From assembly GCA_017499595.2 (NCBI GenBank), contig CM039004.1, forward strand, positions 2,418,001 to 2,482,000: 64,000 bases of DNA, written 5' to 3'. The notes beneath the pieces are model-generated. The model was given only the letters and a program-made list of their open reading frames with translations. It was not told the DNA's origin and did not search any database. Positions 1-13,190 of the stretch are shown piece by piece. Made by a program: the position numbers and the translations under genes. Positions within the stretch are counted from its first letter, which is position 1. Every line of letters begins with the position of its first letter. The DNA comes from Psilocybe cubensis (Eukaryota).

Positions 1-958
1 CACGGAGTGGAGCGTGGAAGATATCTAAAGAACAACAAAAGGTTGAAGATATCACCATTGAGGACAAAATTGCGGCGTACCAGGACGAATTTTCTGCAAA
101 GAAGACCATAGCGAAGGCAGAAAAAGAAAAGTGGGAGATTGTCCTATCCAAAGTTGAAGAGAAGTTTTCCGAACGAACGCGTCAGTTCCAAGCCGAGATC
201 CATCAATGGTATATGGGTATGCGCGAAAAAGAGGGAGAGGAGGTCCGTTTTTTGACTTGTTTTTCAACTAAAGTGTTACTCGCCTTACTAAACGCGCTTA
301 ATTTTTCCAGGTCCGCAGTGCTGCTCATCGTATCAAAAACCTCGCAGAGACTGCACAAGCTGACCTTGGTCTAGATTATGCTTGGCTCGAGGATGTAACT
401 TACGACGACTGGCAACAGTACCACAATATCGCGCGTATGTCTGAAGCCTTCGAACAAACGGCATATGGCATGCAGAACAACACCCTCGAGAACGCGCCAC
501 GTGATCCCATTATGCCCCTGTTGGACAGCCTTGATCTTGACATGCAGGACGTTGTCGCCGGCTTCCAAGTAGCTCTAGGAAGCATTCGCGGCGATGCAAT
601 GAAGGTGTATAGCGTTGGTCTTGGGCAGGCGGAAGAAGATGATAGTGGATTCTTTGTTGTTAACGACGGCCAGGTTAGGAGAGATGATCTGCGAGGGGTC
701 GACTTCGGTGATTTAGGATTGAAGAAGAAAACCGAAGGTGCCGGAGTCGTCAAGATTCGCTCTGATGCTGTTGGCGGAGATTCTGAAAATCAAGGCAAGG
801 ACGACGAAGTGCATATCTTACCTATCGATCCGAGCGTGCCGACAAAGGAAGACTCAACTACGTTTGACGCTAGTAAAGTGGTTATTGGGAAAGATAAGGT
901 GCAGATCGAGCAGGCGCTCAAGGACGTCCCCGTGGAACACGTTCATGAGGAACTTTAG
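1..958 (+). CDS. 3' part of a She10-like (outer spore wall assembly family) protein; 5'-truncated by the window
   Basis: Open frame from position 3, intron 243-310 (GT..CAG), then ...ADLGLDYAWLEDVTYDDWQQYH..., resembling the She10-family AW-x-DxVTYxDWxxYH motif; continues into ORF 437-958. Confidence 0.55.
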
Positions 959-3829
959 ATCGGGCTGTTGACGCCTCTATATGGCATAGAGGGCTTATTT
1001 TTATTGACGTGACCAAAGTACTGTATCTCAGATAATTTTTGCTGCCACTAGTGTGTGTAGTATAATTGGTATTCCTTAACGCCTATTTATTCATGCAGCG
1101 CCTGATTGATGTTTGGTACGCAGCGCATTCCCCTGTGAGATGTACGCCACCATTAATACTAGGTTGTGCGTTAAACACGAACTTAGCGCAGAACACGGTC
1201 AGTTAGTGGGTTACAATTTTAACCTCTCAAGTGAGCGCAAAGGCATAGCCACGATGGCGCCCAGTCGAAATTTTTACCGCAGCTAATGCCGCCCCATGTT
1301 GGCGAAACAGCAAGCAGATGTCTATGATCTCCTTGATGAATACTGCGATCGACTGATTTTCTATAGCCCGATAAGTAACACATTCATTCGTCATGTAACA
1401 TTCCTTCAAGTCTGACAATCTGATCCTGCAAAATTTACTCTGGTAGGGAACCGGGAAGAACTGAATAAGCCACTAACAACTAGTATTATGTGCTCTCCGT
1501 GTCTTACACGATTCGCATTCGGTCTGGAACAGAATGTGGATGAGTTTTAAGCTCTAGAGGTACCGTATAGCCCCAAAAGGACTCTTGCCTGGGACCTTTG
1601 TCAACTTTTTGAGATAACCAAAAAACTGTGCCCCGTTATCACTACGCACTATCCTATGGACCATGGGTTTCCGGATGTTACTTGAAAATTGTACGTTTAT
1701 ATAAGCATTGCGAGATCGCTCAACTTCAGCCAGCGAGACTGAGCATGCCCATGTCCTGATGACGGTTTCTTCGTTTTTGTGTCCCTCGCCAAGAATGGCA
1801 AAAGCGGAACACACCACACACTTCTTAAAAAGGGCATTATACATCTTTCAATTCGTGACTTGTTCAAAGCATTGGTACGCGTCGAATTATGACACTTTCG
1901 TTGTGTTACAGCCGTTTTATTGTTGCATCTCTGTTTTATGACTTCATCTATTTTCAAGAGTACTGATGAAACCATTTTTGCTCGGGTTAACTTAATTTGT
2001 TGCCACGCAGATTCTTACACCGGTGACCATAAATAAACAGTCAGTGGCCCGGAACGACATTTTACTACTAGTTGCCACGCGAACCTCGCGAGACAGACAC
2101 AAGTTATTTATGGTTCTAGTTAGCCCTGTGTCAAACAGAGAGAGTGCAGCTCCGTAAATTTGTAAAACACAACGTTCATAGTCTACCAAATGTCAACGAG
2201 TCAGATACCGAGTCTATCGGTAAAAAAGACTCCAACTGTACAACGCAGGGTTGTTTCGATCGAAAGTACAGTGGATGACCCGTGCTGTGCTGCTTGCACC
2301 TACTTCTCTTGGCACTGTGTTCAGCTTTCACAGTAAACTTGACTGACTATCTCGGTAGTTCTTTTGATATTATAGCGGTCATATTGTAAGACTAGGATTG
2401 ATCTCATAATCGCACTCCATTTACAGAGCTAGAGAAGAAACCCCCTGCTATTACATACGCTTTCTCGATTTCAGTTATTGCCTCAGCTCAAGATTGAAGA
2501 AAGAGAAGCTTTACCAAATACCTATCGTGATATGGTATAATTGACGGGGTGAGAAACATTCTATGGCAATTACGTCTACAATATGAAGGTGTAAGTAATC
2601 CAAAGATCCTTCAGTCCTGGCAATATGAATCGTAAATCAGTTAGGATGTTTGCATATCAAAAATTTTGAACCCTACCTGTAACGGCATCGTCGACGGCGT
2701 CTGTAGTAATGGTGAAATGAGTGCTAAACAAATGCGTACACAATGAATCTAAGGAGAATTCAAGGGCTGATCTAAGGCATAAACGACTGCACATGTCACT
2801 GACTGCGTTTGACGTGCCATACGAACGCAGAGTCGTCAAGTCTATCTGGATTTATCTTCCGCTTTGTGTTACTATTAATTTTTTACAATTTTAATATGGA
2901 TCGGTCCATGTTTCAATCCACATAAAGACGGATGTTCACATCATCCACCGGGCCCAAAGAGACCCCCAAAGACTTGGAAAATTCAAGTTGTTCTTTCGTT
3001 GAGAACTTCAAATGTATGCCCATACATTATAAAATACGTAGCGTCGCCCTTTAGGAAAAGTTACCTCGCCCCAGTATCTTGTCGCGTTTCTACGAGAATA
3101 CCTCTTGATTGTCGTTGAAAAATCTATGACTGAAGCATGGCTGTGTCAAGATACTTAGGTGACCAGCGGCATCTTGGCGGCACTGGCGCAAATCTTGAAG
3201 GTGCAAGTCACGGCACCAATAGTACGTAAGGATTTTGATTTGGCGTTGATGTCTTTCCGCCGTCTTCCCACGAACCTGTCTTATCCACCGGAACGGGTGA
3301 GGGGATCGTTAGTCCCCTGACAACGACTTGCTACAATCTTCACCACTTTTAATCATAGGATGACGGGTTTGTCAGGTCGACATCTGTTGGGTAAGTTCCA
3401 TACCGAACCGATGTAAACTAGCTCAACTGGCGTTTATATAGAACAATCCTCACTGGGATATAGCTCCATGTGAGTCCAATTTGAGCGATCTCTTTTTCCT
3501 GACCAAAGCAGACTGAAAAGGGGTGTCCGTTTTCCATAACTTGCAATAATGCGATATCCAACAGTGTCTAGACATGTCATGCAGCTTTATATTTTCATTA
3601 TCTGTGTCTTCTGACGTTGCGCCTACTCCTTTGCTCTCATTTACTCCTCCAGATTTCGGGTCGTCGGAATATTCAATTAAGGCAAAAATTGTCTGTTCAT
3701 GAATATCAGAATTCTGCTATTTACGCTCGCTCGGATGCTCCTGATTTCTAAAACAGACATATGACTGTGCTCTTTTTGCACGCCTTTTTTACATCATCCT
3801 CCACTTGGTCTTCCAGCATTGATCTTTAT

Positions 3830-4600
3830 CTAGACAACTACGGCACCGTTGGATACTACCAATGAACACTGGTCTAGTTTGGCACAAATGGATACATGTC
3901 AGAAATTGTAAATGACAATTGAAAGACTTGATCAGTTACAATAACACCTTGATAGCTTTATGCCAGATTGCAATAATCCGGACCTAATAGGCATTTCTAT
4001 GGTGCATCTAGCCCCATATCTTTGTGCTATAATTTGAAGAATCTACGCCGACGTATAACACAATTTTTTTCTTTTCTTACCTTGCTTGCCGGTGTTCCAG
4101 GAGTATTAAACCTTTCATCGTCAGACTATGACGCGTCTGGCTAGATTGTTGAGCTTTCTGTGGGGTCTGGAGTGTTTTATGTCAAAACAGTCAAAACTCT
4201 CAATCTACAAAAGCGGAATCAACGGGTATCTATCCGAGCATTGAAGTCGGCCGTCGACATTGCGGATCCTGATATGAGAATTTATATCGATTTCAAGCAG
4301 TTTTGTTGGCCTACATAACATCTCAAGTACTCGAGCACTCAAGGCCTATTTACTTCTGATTACACCGTTGGAACTATATTTCAAAATTTTAGAGTCTATC
4401 ACTGACTTGTGCTCCTCAATCTATAAATATTCGACATCGGGCATCTGGAATGATTAACTCTTATGGCTGGGTTTATTGCCTCTTTACTAGCAAATGGATA
4501 CTGGACGAGACACGCTATGTTGGTAACATGGATCAGCAATCACAAATCTTCAGAAGCGAGTTCGTTTTCCTGCTGTCAGAGAGAGGTCATGACGCGCGGC
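3830..4600 (+). pseudogene. Possible decayed gene remnant (F-box/LRR-like character)
   Basis: Protein-like frames interrupted by several stops (MDTCQKL*MTIERLDQLQ*HLDSF...; IDFKQFCWPT*HLKYSS...GHLE*LTL). Resemblance only. Confidence 0.15.
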
Positions 4601-5905
4601 CACCGACAAGCCCTCTCAGTCCCACCGTAACTCCCCATGTCTATCGATACGTACCTCAGAATGTTTTTGGAGTTACTGCCAGTAGTCTGCTCGACTGTGC
4701 CTGCTTAATTCTTGGTTAGGCACGTTATGACGTTCCTTAACTGTAAAGTACGGCTGCGCAGATATCAATGATCATCAATGTGCAAGTCAACGAGAACGAC
4801 TCTGCAGCGAGTCGAAAACCGTTTCTGCGATACTTTGTAAAATCGAGTATAACCTCTAGCCATGATATTTCAGGCTTTCGGCGCCCACATCTCAATAAGT
4901 CTAAGGGGGGTTGATCTGTCTCTTAGATTAGTGCACATGAAATGTAAATTCAGGTTCGGCTAAATCATCCCTGCCCGTAAAACGTGTTCCGTCCTGAATG
5001 AGCAACCGAACAGAATAGGTGGATATCAAAGCCACTCTCTCGTGCCCATGTGCCGTCATTGCGCAGAGGACCCTGGTGGGGTTCAATCAAGATGTTATTT
5101 GTCTACCGTCACTGCCACGAAGTGCCACGTTAACGAAGGAGTTGCAACCTATTCTTCGGCACAAGCGATTCCATGTGTAAGGATTCGTAATGAGTACATG
5201 ATAACCTCAAGGACTATGGCCGTCGTCGGAGGCATCGAGGGCCGACAAGCCGGAGTTGCTGAGCGCGGTACCCGTCTCGTATTCAACAGTAGTGACAAAG
5301 GCTGCCCTAGCCTCAAAGCCCGTGGCAGCTTGGCAGTTTGGAGAAAACCCTTACGTGCACCACTTTTGACGACTTTCTCATATAGTGAGAACGTGTGAAC
5401 AGTGGTGTTCCATTGAATTGATGAAACATATTTGTTGTGCCAGTGGGAGACCTGGAAGCGATAAATAAACGGAAGCAGACTCGAGAGATTTCATTGGCCT
5501 GGTCTTCTATAGCCAGAGTCCTGAATCTTGGTCGCGCAATTATCTAACAAATGGGATGCAAACATGTACAATTCCGCAAAGAAGTTGCTATTGCGGGTGA
5601 AATAATTAGTCGGGTGGACAGACACAAGAAAACTGCGGTACTTATGAACAGATAAGGAGTTCAAATCCTACGAAAGAAGGAATCGTTAAAGTTGAGTTAT
5701 GGAACAAGATGGTAGGCTTTAGGGATAAAATACAAAGGCGTAGATACGCTTCTCGGTCAGCATCTGCTAGACGGAGTCGCATTGACAGGTTTTCTCGAGA
5801 AGAAAGGACCAATCAAAAGAAAAGGAAGCCAGCCAGGGTTAATCGACACATATAGCTCCAATGACAAGGAAAATGGAAAGAATGTTTTGGTTCGGTGAGC
5901 TGTGT

Positions 5906-6931
5906 TTAATCGTATGTTGCATCTTCAACAGTTTTCCACCTCAAATTGGATTCGTAGAATTCAATCAGCTGAAATCTTGTCAGGGATCTTGGTATGGGAA
6001 AAGTGCATATTTTCTAACCTTTTGAGGAAAGCGCTCTTTGCAGATTGTTGAAGCTTCCATGACTTTCTCCCCGGTGTTGCTAGAATGTACAACGGTTATT
6101 ACTCGCCCATCGACAATGACCGAACGCTTACAGTGTAAAATAAATAACCAAACTGTTCGAGGACTCGGAAGCCTTCTCAACAGTGTCCACAGTCTTTACC
6201 AAGCCTTCCCAACTCTTCAAGCCCATATATTGCTTCATGTTTCCTATAATTGGTGTTTCTGATTCTGGGGATGAAGATTTGACCATCTGCATCTTCGATT
6301 TTGAGTTTTGGGTTGAAATCCTGGCCTTCTTCGGGGGTTGTTCTATTTCGTCTACGTCCATATCATCTGGATCCGGTTTCTGAGACGTCGATTTACGCCC
6401 ACGCTTCTTGGAAGTCAAAGCGTCCTCAGAGTCAGAGACCTCTTCGGATGCGACTGACTTCCTGCCTTTCTTTGGAGACTTTTTTTCCGCGAGCTTTGCG
6501 TTCAATAATTTCTTCTGTTTCTTAGGATTTTTGCGCCAAAATTCATCGACAAGATCTTTGGCGTTGCTATATCACGGTAAGAACGTACGTCTCGACGAAT
6601 TGTGTTTTTGAACTTACACCGCGTCGACTTCATCCACCCAACTATTATCCTCCGAACCATAGCCCTTCCACTTGACATAGTAGCCCATTCGACCCTAAAC
6701 CGCGCAAGAACGCGTATTTGAGCTCAGTGTAAGTAAAACAACTGATTTCAGAGTACATACATCTGGGAAATAGCCGCGTTTCGCGTCTAAAACCTCTTCG
6801 ATTTCGTATTCAGAACCCCCTTCAGAGCCTGCATCAGAGCCAGACTCGGCGTCACTGGCGTCCGGCTTGATTTTGGAGTCAGGACCAACTGCATTGGAGT
6901 CCCCACTATCAGAGTGTGCGACACCGGGCAT
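5906..6931 (-). CDS. swi6: HP1/Swi6-family heterochromatin protein (chromodomain + basic hinge + chromo-shadow domain), multi-exon
   Basis: Spliced translation: EYEIEEVLDAKRG / GRMGYYVKWKGYGSEDNSWVDE (intact aromatic cage), K/R-rich hinge, then SWEGLVKTVDTVE...CKERFPQK-LIEFYESNLRWK chromo-shadow signature. ATG 6931, TAA 5906-5908. Confidence 0.9.
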
Positions 6932-7273
6932 GATGTATGCAACGAAGAACACGCGAGATCGTATTGGAGGGTGAAGGAGGCGGAAGAGACAGCGTGAGAA
7001 CAATTCTACAGCCAGCTCAAAAGCTTTCAATGACATGCTCGGTGCGCGGACAAACAAAGAGACCTGAAGAATTTGCGGCTAGCTGCAATTCGACCTGCAG
7101 ATTGACTGCTTTGAGACCCACGCCAGCAATTTTAACTACACTATTTCTGACATTGCAACCTCTGAGGAGCGTGGACGATTCATGGATTTTCAAAGGTTGA
7201 CATATTACAACCTGTTGTCGAGAAAATATCGAGCAGAAGAAAGACAGAGACATTCCATGAACATATATTCTAG

Positions 7274-7995
7274 TTATCTTCTTCGACTTGGGCTGGCGCT
7301 ACGTCCTCGAGCAGGCCTGCCCTTTTTAGGTCCAGAGGGCGGTGGTCGAACGAAAGCATAGTCACATTGCAATACTTGTTCAAGCAACGGTGTTCCCGAT
7401 GCACCATCAATAGCAGCCTGTGCCTCTGTCATAGTCTCATATTCCACCAGAGCATATCCCTAGCAATACAGAAACTCAGTTGGAGTTCCATGGGTTTCAT
7501 CAGGTGAAGAACGGACCTTGACATAACCGGTTCGACGATCAAGATTGAGATGTAAGTTCTTAATCTCTCCAAACTCTGCAAACTTGTCTTGTACATCCTC
7601 TTCTGTGGCCTCTTCGTGAACATTGGTCACGAGAACAATCCATCCTTCTACAGCTGCGCCCAACTTCAGCAAAAATGCAACATATTTAGAGAGGGAAACA
7701 CGAACATCGCGCTGCCCTGGTATCGGAATCCTTGGCCTGTGTACTCTCCACGCGATCATAGGTTGGTTCTGCTGTTACATTCTCTTCGTTTCCTAGCAAA
7801 CACCATAAGATGAGCCAAATTGGACGCGTTAATAAACGCAGGATTGATCGCACCTCCAGTATTTTGGAAACCTCTGCCTCTTCTCCTTACTGCACCACCC
7901 GAAGCCACTTTCGTAGAGATTTTATCAATGACAACCAAAGATATGGAAGTTTAATAGAGCCTACTATCGTCAATATTCATCTCATCGTCGGACAT
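7274..7995 (-). CDS. RBM8A: RNA-binding protein 8A / Y14 (exon junction complex RRM subunit)
   Basis: [52 protein letters not shown] is the Y14 RRM; N-terminal RRRGRGF; RS-like C-terminal tail. Confidence 0.95.
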
Positions 7996-8898
7996 CTTTG
8001 GCTATTTTCGTTAATAGGTGAGATTTGGTATGCAGTTGGAAGTTGAACTGGCGAAGGTGTTTGTGCGTGACGAAGTAGTCACACCAATCGGAAACAAATA
8101 CGGCATGGCCGTCTCCGACCCCCGAAAAATATAATAGATATTGGAGAGCTGTGACATAGTCACATGGCAATAAATATATATTTTATAAAGATTTCTCACT
8201 TGCTTGTTCGAACTATCCTGTATGTCCAAAAACCACTTCAAAATAAGAGAAACTCATAGCATAAATCAGAAAGGCGTGATTTTTTCAGGCAATCTGAGTG
8301 GAGTTATTGACACAATTGAGTCATTGAATTCGTTACTTCAACTTGTTGTTGGATGGAGTGTCAAATGTACATAGCTATTTTTAGCATTGTCAGGAGTGGT
8401 ATCCAGGCCACGTTGACCACCTTTTTTACCCTTCACCGCTTATTCACCGTTCTGAGACCATGGAAAGGTTTATGACTTCAATCCGACCTCAAGCGCTCAA
8501 TGAGAAGAATTAAACGACAGCTTCTCTTGACGTTTGTTGAATTGTCTTTCCGACAGTGATGTTATTGATCCCGATCGTTCTCGCCAATTCCAAATTCCAC
8601 GGGGGGACCACTCAGCGCAAATGGTGCCTGAACCTGTTTGTCCCCGTTCAAATCTTACCTTCTAGAGTTGATCTCGGTAATATGTGGATCGTGAATCGCG
8701 ATTCCAATATGGTCTTGACCGAACATAGTCATCGTATAGTTTCAAGCTATTCGCACACATAAATCAAGCGGACCGATTCTGCAATCAACCCTTTCAACTC
8801 TCCGCATATTAAAGGGGGACAACATCTTGTCGAGAATAGTAACTTTGTGGCATATCTCGACCTTCGCTACCTATCCTTCTTCTTCACCCATTGACAAA

Positions 8899-9624
8899 AT
8901 GCACGCAGCGCCACTCATCAACCACCCCTGTACGCTATGCTGCCGACCCACCTCTATGTGGTGCAGCCGATGCCAGAGCGCTTGGTACTGCTCGCCAGAG
9001 CATATCAGCAGCGTTAGTGTGCTTGCCTTCTCTTATAAACATTGCTTTTCTGATTTGTAAACTGTACAGGATTGGCCCCGTCATCGGAGAGAGTGCATTC
9101 CGGCAGCGGGCCCCCATACCTCATATAACGTCAATATGATCGCTACTCCGCCACCTGCTGAGCCACAATTTGTCTCCGTGTCAGCGATTCTATTCGCACC
9201 GGAGGAAGGTGCGTGAGCAGACACTTTCGCGTCCGTTTTAATGAATAACACGGTGATAATAGAACGCCCGCGAATAGTCACTATTAGCTGCCGACCCTCT
9301 CCAAAAGCCTCTCAGGGCGTTTGCCCAATCCCGATGTTGGATTCATATTTCGACAGAAACGAAGTCGCGCACCTCGTACTCACGGAAGGGTTGAATAAGG
9401 AGCCACTAAGATTCCCTCTTCATGTGTGGTATGCGCCCAATCTCCTCACCAAAGGAAGTCCCATCAACCGTGCCATATCGCATATTACTTCCAACGCAGC
9501 CGATAAGCCCTGGTGTGGACCGGTTGTTGTTTTAAAATTCAATGGTTCCCGACGTCAAGGATATACGGACGCTGGTTCGAACGACCTTCCTGCCCTCTCA
9601 GCCTTTTTTTTAACCTATAAGTAA
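8899..9624 (+). CDS. MYND-type zinc finger protein, 3 coding exons
   Basis: CTLC..CSRCQSAWYCSPEH-intron-DWPRHRREC MYND pattern; C-terminal domain with PINRAI...PWCGPVVVLKF. Confidence 0.85.
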
Positions 9625-10688
9625 ATCCTGGCCGGTAACCTCTGACTACTGGTGAGTGTTCGTTACCACTCCATTGAACACCACTGATGTTTTATTCACT
9701 TCCAGTAGTTATTTATCAACACTCTAATTAGAAACCTACTTCCCACATGTTCTGAATACTACGCTATCGCTTCCCGCCCGTTCATCGCCGCTCTGTAATT
9801 AATCGTTGTAGCATATCGCTTATATTTGTTTCCTTTCCTTCCTAACTGACATCCACTGGGTTTTCATAGCCCAATCATCCTGAATTGTAGAATCATAGCG
9901 ACTATAGAGTCATTAGTTATTCCTTTTACCGTACATAGTCCAGAATTTTGCAATCCGAATCTAGGCCCTTCGGGGTGGCACACATTCTTCAGGGGGGGAG
10001 CGAAGGTAAACGCCCAAGCCAATTCCTCTGTCATACAAACGAAACTCGTCAGTTGGCGTAAGGTTTTTTAGCGCTTCACGGCGTTCAAGCATTTTGAAGC
10101 CTTAAACTGGTATATCAGTGTGCATTAATCCACATGCTTCCATATGGCACAAACCACTAACCGAGAGGGATTCTCCCATGGGGGTACAGAAACATACAGC
10201 CATGATCATGATGGTGCCCATGCCGATCCACACACTTAACGGAACTGCAGTGCGCAGTCATTTGAACTTTGATGACTTGCCATGTTTCTCTTTCTCCCTT
10301 CTGTCACCCATTCACTGGTGACCTGCCCACCGGGTTGTCTTCGATACACCAGCGAACAAATATTATCCACGAAGAATACTGAACCGGGAATATGCCTTTT
10401 TTCAAGTAGAAAAGAGGACCGCCGGTACGCGCGCAGCGCGTCTAATTTGGCAGCACGGAGTTCGGAATCGAAGCAACAGTTTAACGCTCGGAGAGCCGAA
10501 ATGGCTGAACCAGGCCAATTAAACTGCACTAAATCCAAAGAACGACTCGTGTAGGTCACATATGTTCACCGCGCTCATCAGCAATGACCTACTATGTCGG
10601 TCATTGATAAGATGCGAATTTGTTGATTCAGGCCAGATTACACGATTCAAAAATGGACAAAACAAAATAGGTGCACACAATGCGTGAC

Positions 10689-10719
10689 AAACCCTAACCC
10701 ACAAGTAAAAACCCTAACC
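10689..10719. promoter_or_regulatory. Two telo-box-like AAACCCTAACC motifs upstream of RRP4
   Basis: aaaccctaaccc (10689-10700) and aaaccctaacc (10709-10719), about 70-100 bp before the RRP4 ATG. Confidence 0.4.
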
Positions 10720-10786
10720 TCAGGAGACCGGCCGTTTTGGTGCCATCCAAGTGCCATCCTCGAAAAAGTTCTTGTCCAGATCCATC

Positions 10787-12098
10787 ATGATTTCCTTTAC
10801 TTCATTTCCCTCAAAGCCCCAAGCAACCAGCTACGCAAGCTCAAGTCAATATGGAGAGTCAAAGAGAGACCTTATGGACATTGACGATGAAGATTTTGAA
10901 TCGCAAGGATCTAAATTGACCTGCCCCGGAGAGTCATTAACTTCTTCGCATGCTTATATGCGGTACGAAATTATACTTTTTAAAAGCAAGATAACGGTCG
11001 CTAATTCAATGGGGCAGTGGTCATGGAACATACATTGATGATGATGAGGTTATTGCTTCTGTGGCTGGGACGATTGAACGAGTAAATAAGCTGATCACCG
11101 TTCGGGCCATCCGAAGTCGGTGAGAATAGTTTCACCAACTATTTAGCGTGAATCAGACTAAGCTGAAAACCCAGGTACAACCCCGAAGTAGGGGATCTAG
11201 TTGTAGGGAGGATAACGGAAGTACGACAATCGATGTTGTTCGCAACAGCCGGGATCCGGTCCTCAGTCTAATGTCTTCAATCATCAGGTTCAACCTAGAA
11301 GATGGAAAGTTGACGCCCATTCAAGACAGGACGCTGTTCTGATGCTATCATCAGTAAATTTGCCTGGCGGGGTTCAAGTGAGTCTTTTTATGTCCATATT
11401 TTTTTCTAAATTGACAGATGCCCTTTGGTTTGAAATTCTTGTAGCGGCGAAAATTAGAAAGTGATGAGCTCCAGATGCGTGGTTTTTTTGAAGAGGGTGA
11501 CCTTTTGGTCGCAGAAGTCCAAGCTTTCTTCTCAGATGGCGCCATGTCTCTCCATACACGATCATTGAAATATGGGAAGGTGCCGAATACTGCTGCTATA
11601 TCAACAAGAAGTCTGACCGTTTTCCGAAATAGTTGCGAAACGGACAACTGGTTGTTGTCCCGCCTATCTTAGTGCGCCGTCTCAAGTCTCACTTCCTGAC
11701 ACTACCATGTGGCGTCGATCTCATTCTTGGTCTAAATGGTTACATCTGGGTAAGCAAACACGTAAAGGAAAGTGAACAAGAGGGGGAGGAAGGGTTTGAC
11801 GCAGAGGCGGTGTACTCCAACGTAAACGATGTAGGGGTTCAATTTGAAATCAAACTAAATAAACCAATCCTGATTTTTTCCCATTCGCATCGATCAGGAC
11901 ATAGATGAACCGACAAGAACGGCAATCTCGAGAGTGACACACATAATTCGCGTGCTAACCTCCCACTTTATCCCACTTTCCGACACCTTATTGCTGGAGG
12001 CATATGAATGGGCCGTGGAGCATGAGAGCGACGTTAGAGATCTACTCCAGCAAGATTTTGGCGATGCCCTAGTTTCTTCCGTCGTGTCCGGGAAGTGA
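10787..12098 (+). CDS. RRP4: Exosome complex component Rrp4 (EXOSC2), multi-exon
   Basis: [59 protein letters not shown] and [10 protein letters not shown] motifs across GT-AG introns. Confidence 0.95.
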
Positions 12099-12192
12099 AA
12101 AACATCATTTACAAGGCTATTTGTCCGTTGAGTGTGTCCATGTATTATAATATAAACACAGCACAAAAGGTACATACCTTGGACAATCTAGG

Positions 12193-12981
12193 TTACTCAT
12201 CATCTCCTTCACTCTCTTCTTCGATCTCCGCCTCGTCTTCCTCAGGTTCCTCCTCTTCTTCAACCTCTTCGATTTCTTCCATGGTGTCGTTGTTATTTTC
12301 ATCATTTTCGTCTTCCTCTTCCTCTTCAAGATCTTCATCATTACTCGCATCTAACTGACCCTGAGTGGGGTAGGCTTGTTGTTGTCCTGGCGGATTCTGA
12401 TTCGAAGAACCGCTGGCCATCTTACGGGCTTGAATTGCCCTTCGCGCTTCTTCTTTACTCTCATCTACCGGAAGTAAATCGTCGAGACCAAGATCGCGCC
12501 AACGAAGCGAGCCATTTACCCCACCACCAGAATAGCCCATATCTTCGAACAATGCACGAGATGTTGGATCGTATCCGGGCCGAGGTTTGGAAGATGGGTG
12601 CTTGATATGAGTTGGATTGCCGTATGGATATGAAGGATGCACCTGTGAGGGTAGCACTTGCAGTTAAAGTCAGTTAATGAAAGAATCTTTGCCTTTGAAA
12701 ATGCATCACTGTCTGAATCATCGGGATTTGGAGGAACCATGTGAGGCGGTATATCAAGTTCTGGTAAACTTGTTCAGACAGCCAATATTGATATGTCAAA
12801 CACCAGTAGCCGTACCGTCATCCGATAACTCTCCTGACATGTATTCACTCGTTTCAATGGTGTCGAGGACAAGAAGATCATGGCGGGTCATGTGTAGATA
12901 ACAATAAGTGAGATCCTAGATAGGCAGTGAATACATAGAAAGCAAATAGATGGATTCCGAGTCTGTTTTCTGTACCGTCAT
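12193..12981 (-). CDS. APC13: Anaphase-promoting complex subunit Apc13/Swm1-like protein with acidic tail
   Basis: Spliced: MTDLTYCYLHMTRHDLL...LSDDELDIPPHMVPPNPDDSD...VHPSYPYG...LRWRDLGLDDLL. The WxDLGL and acidic IPP/P..PDD motifs resemble Apc13; one splice junction is ambiguous. Confidence 0.65.
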
Positions 12982-13142
12982 CTTAGGCCTAGAGTCAATT
13001 TTACTCAATGATCTGGTTCAACTTCAAGTGCCACGGGAAGCGCGACGCGATTTCATTTCACTCAAGTCATCTCGTGACTGAATCCAGCCGTACTCGGCAC
13101 AAACTCGGCATTCTCGGAACTACCCTCGGCAGCTCCTCATGG

Positions 13143-13190
13143 CGTGACTTGCTGAACTCAGTCGTCTGAGGCTGAGTTCAGCAATTCACG
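13143..13190. repeat. Inverted repeat / hairpin
   Basis: ttgctgaactcag (13149-13161) is the exact reverse complement of ctgagttcagcaa (13172-13184), extended by cgtga/tcacg. Confidence 0.85.

Noticed and set aside
12099-12192. 94-bp gap between convergent RRP4 and Apc13-like genes as an antisense system
   Set aside because: Overlapping 3' UTRs are common in compact fungal genomes.
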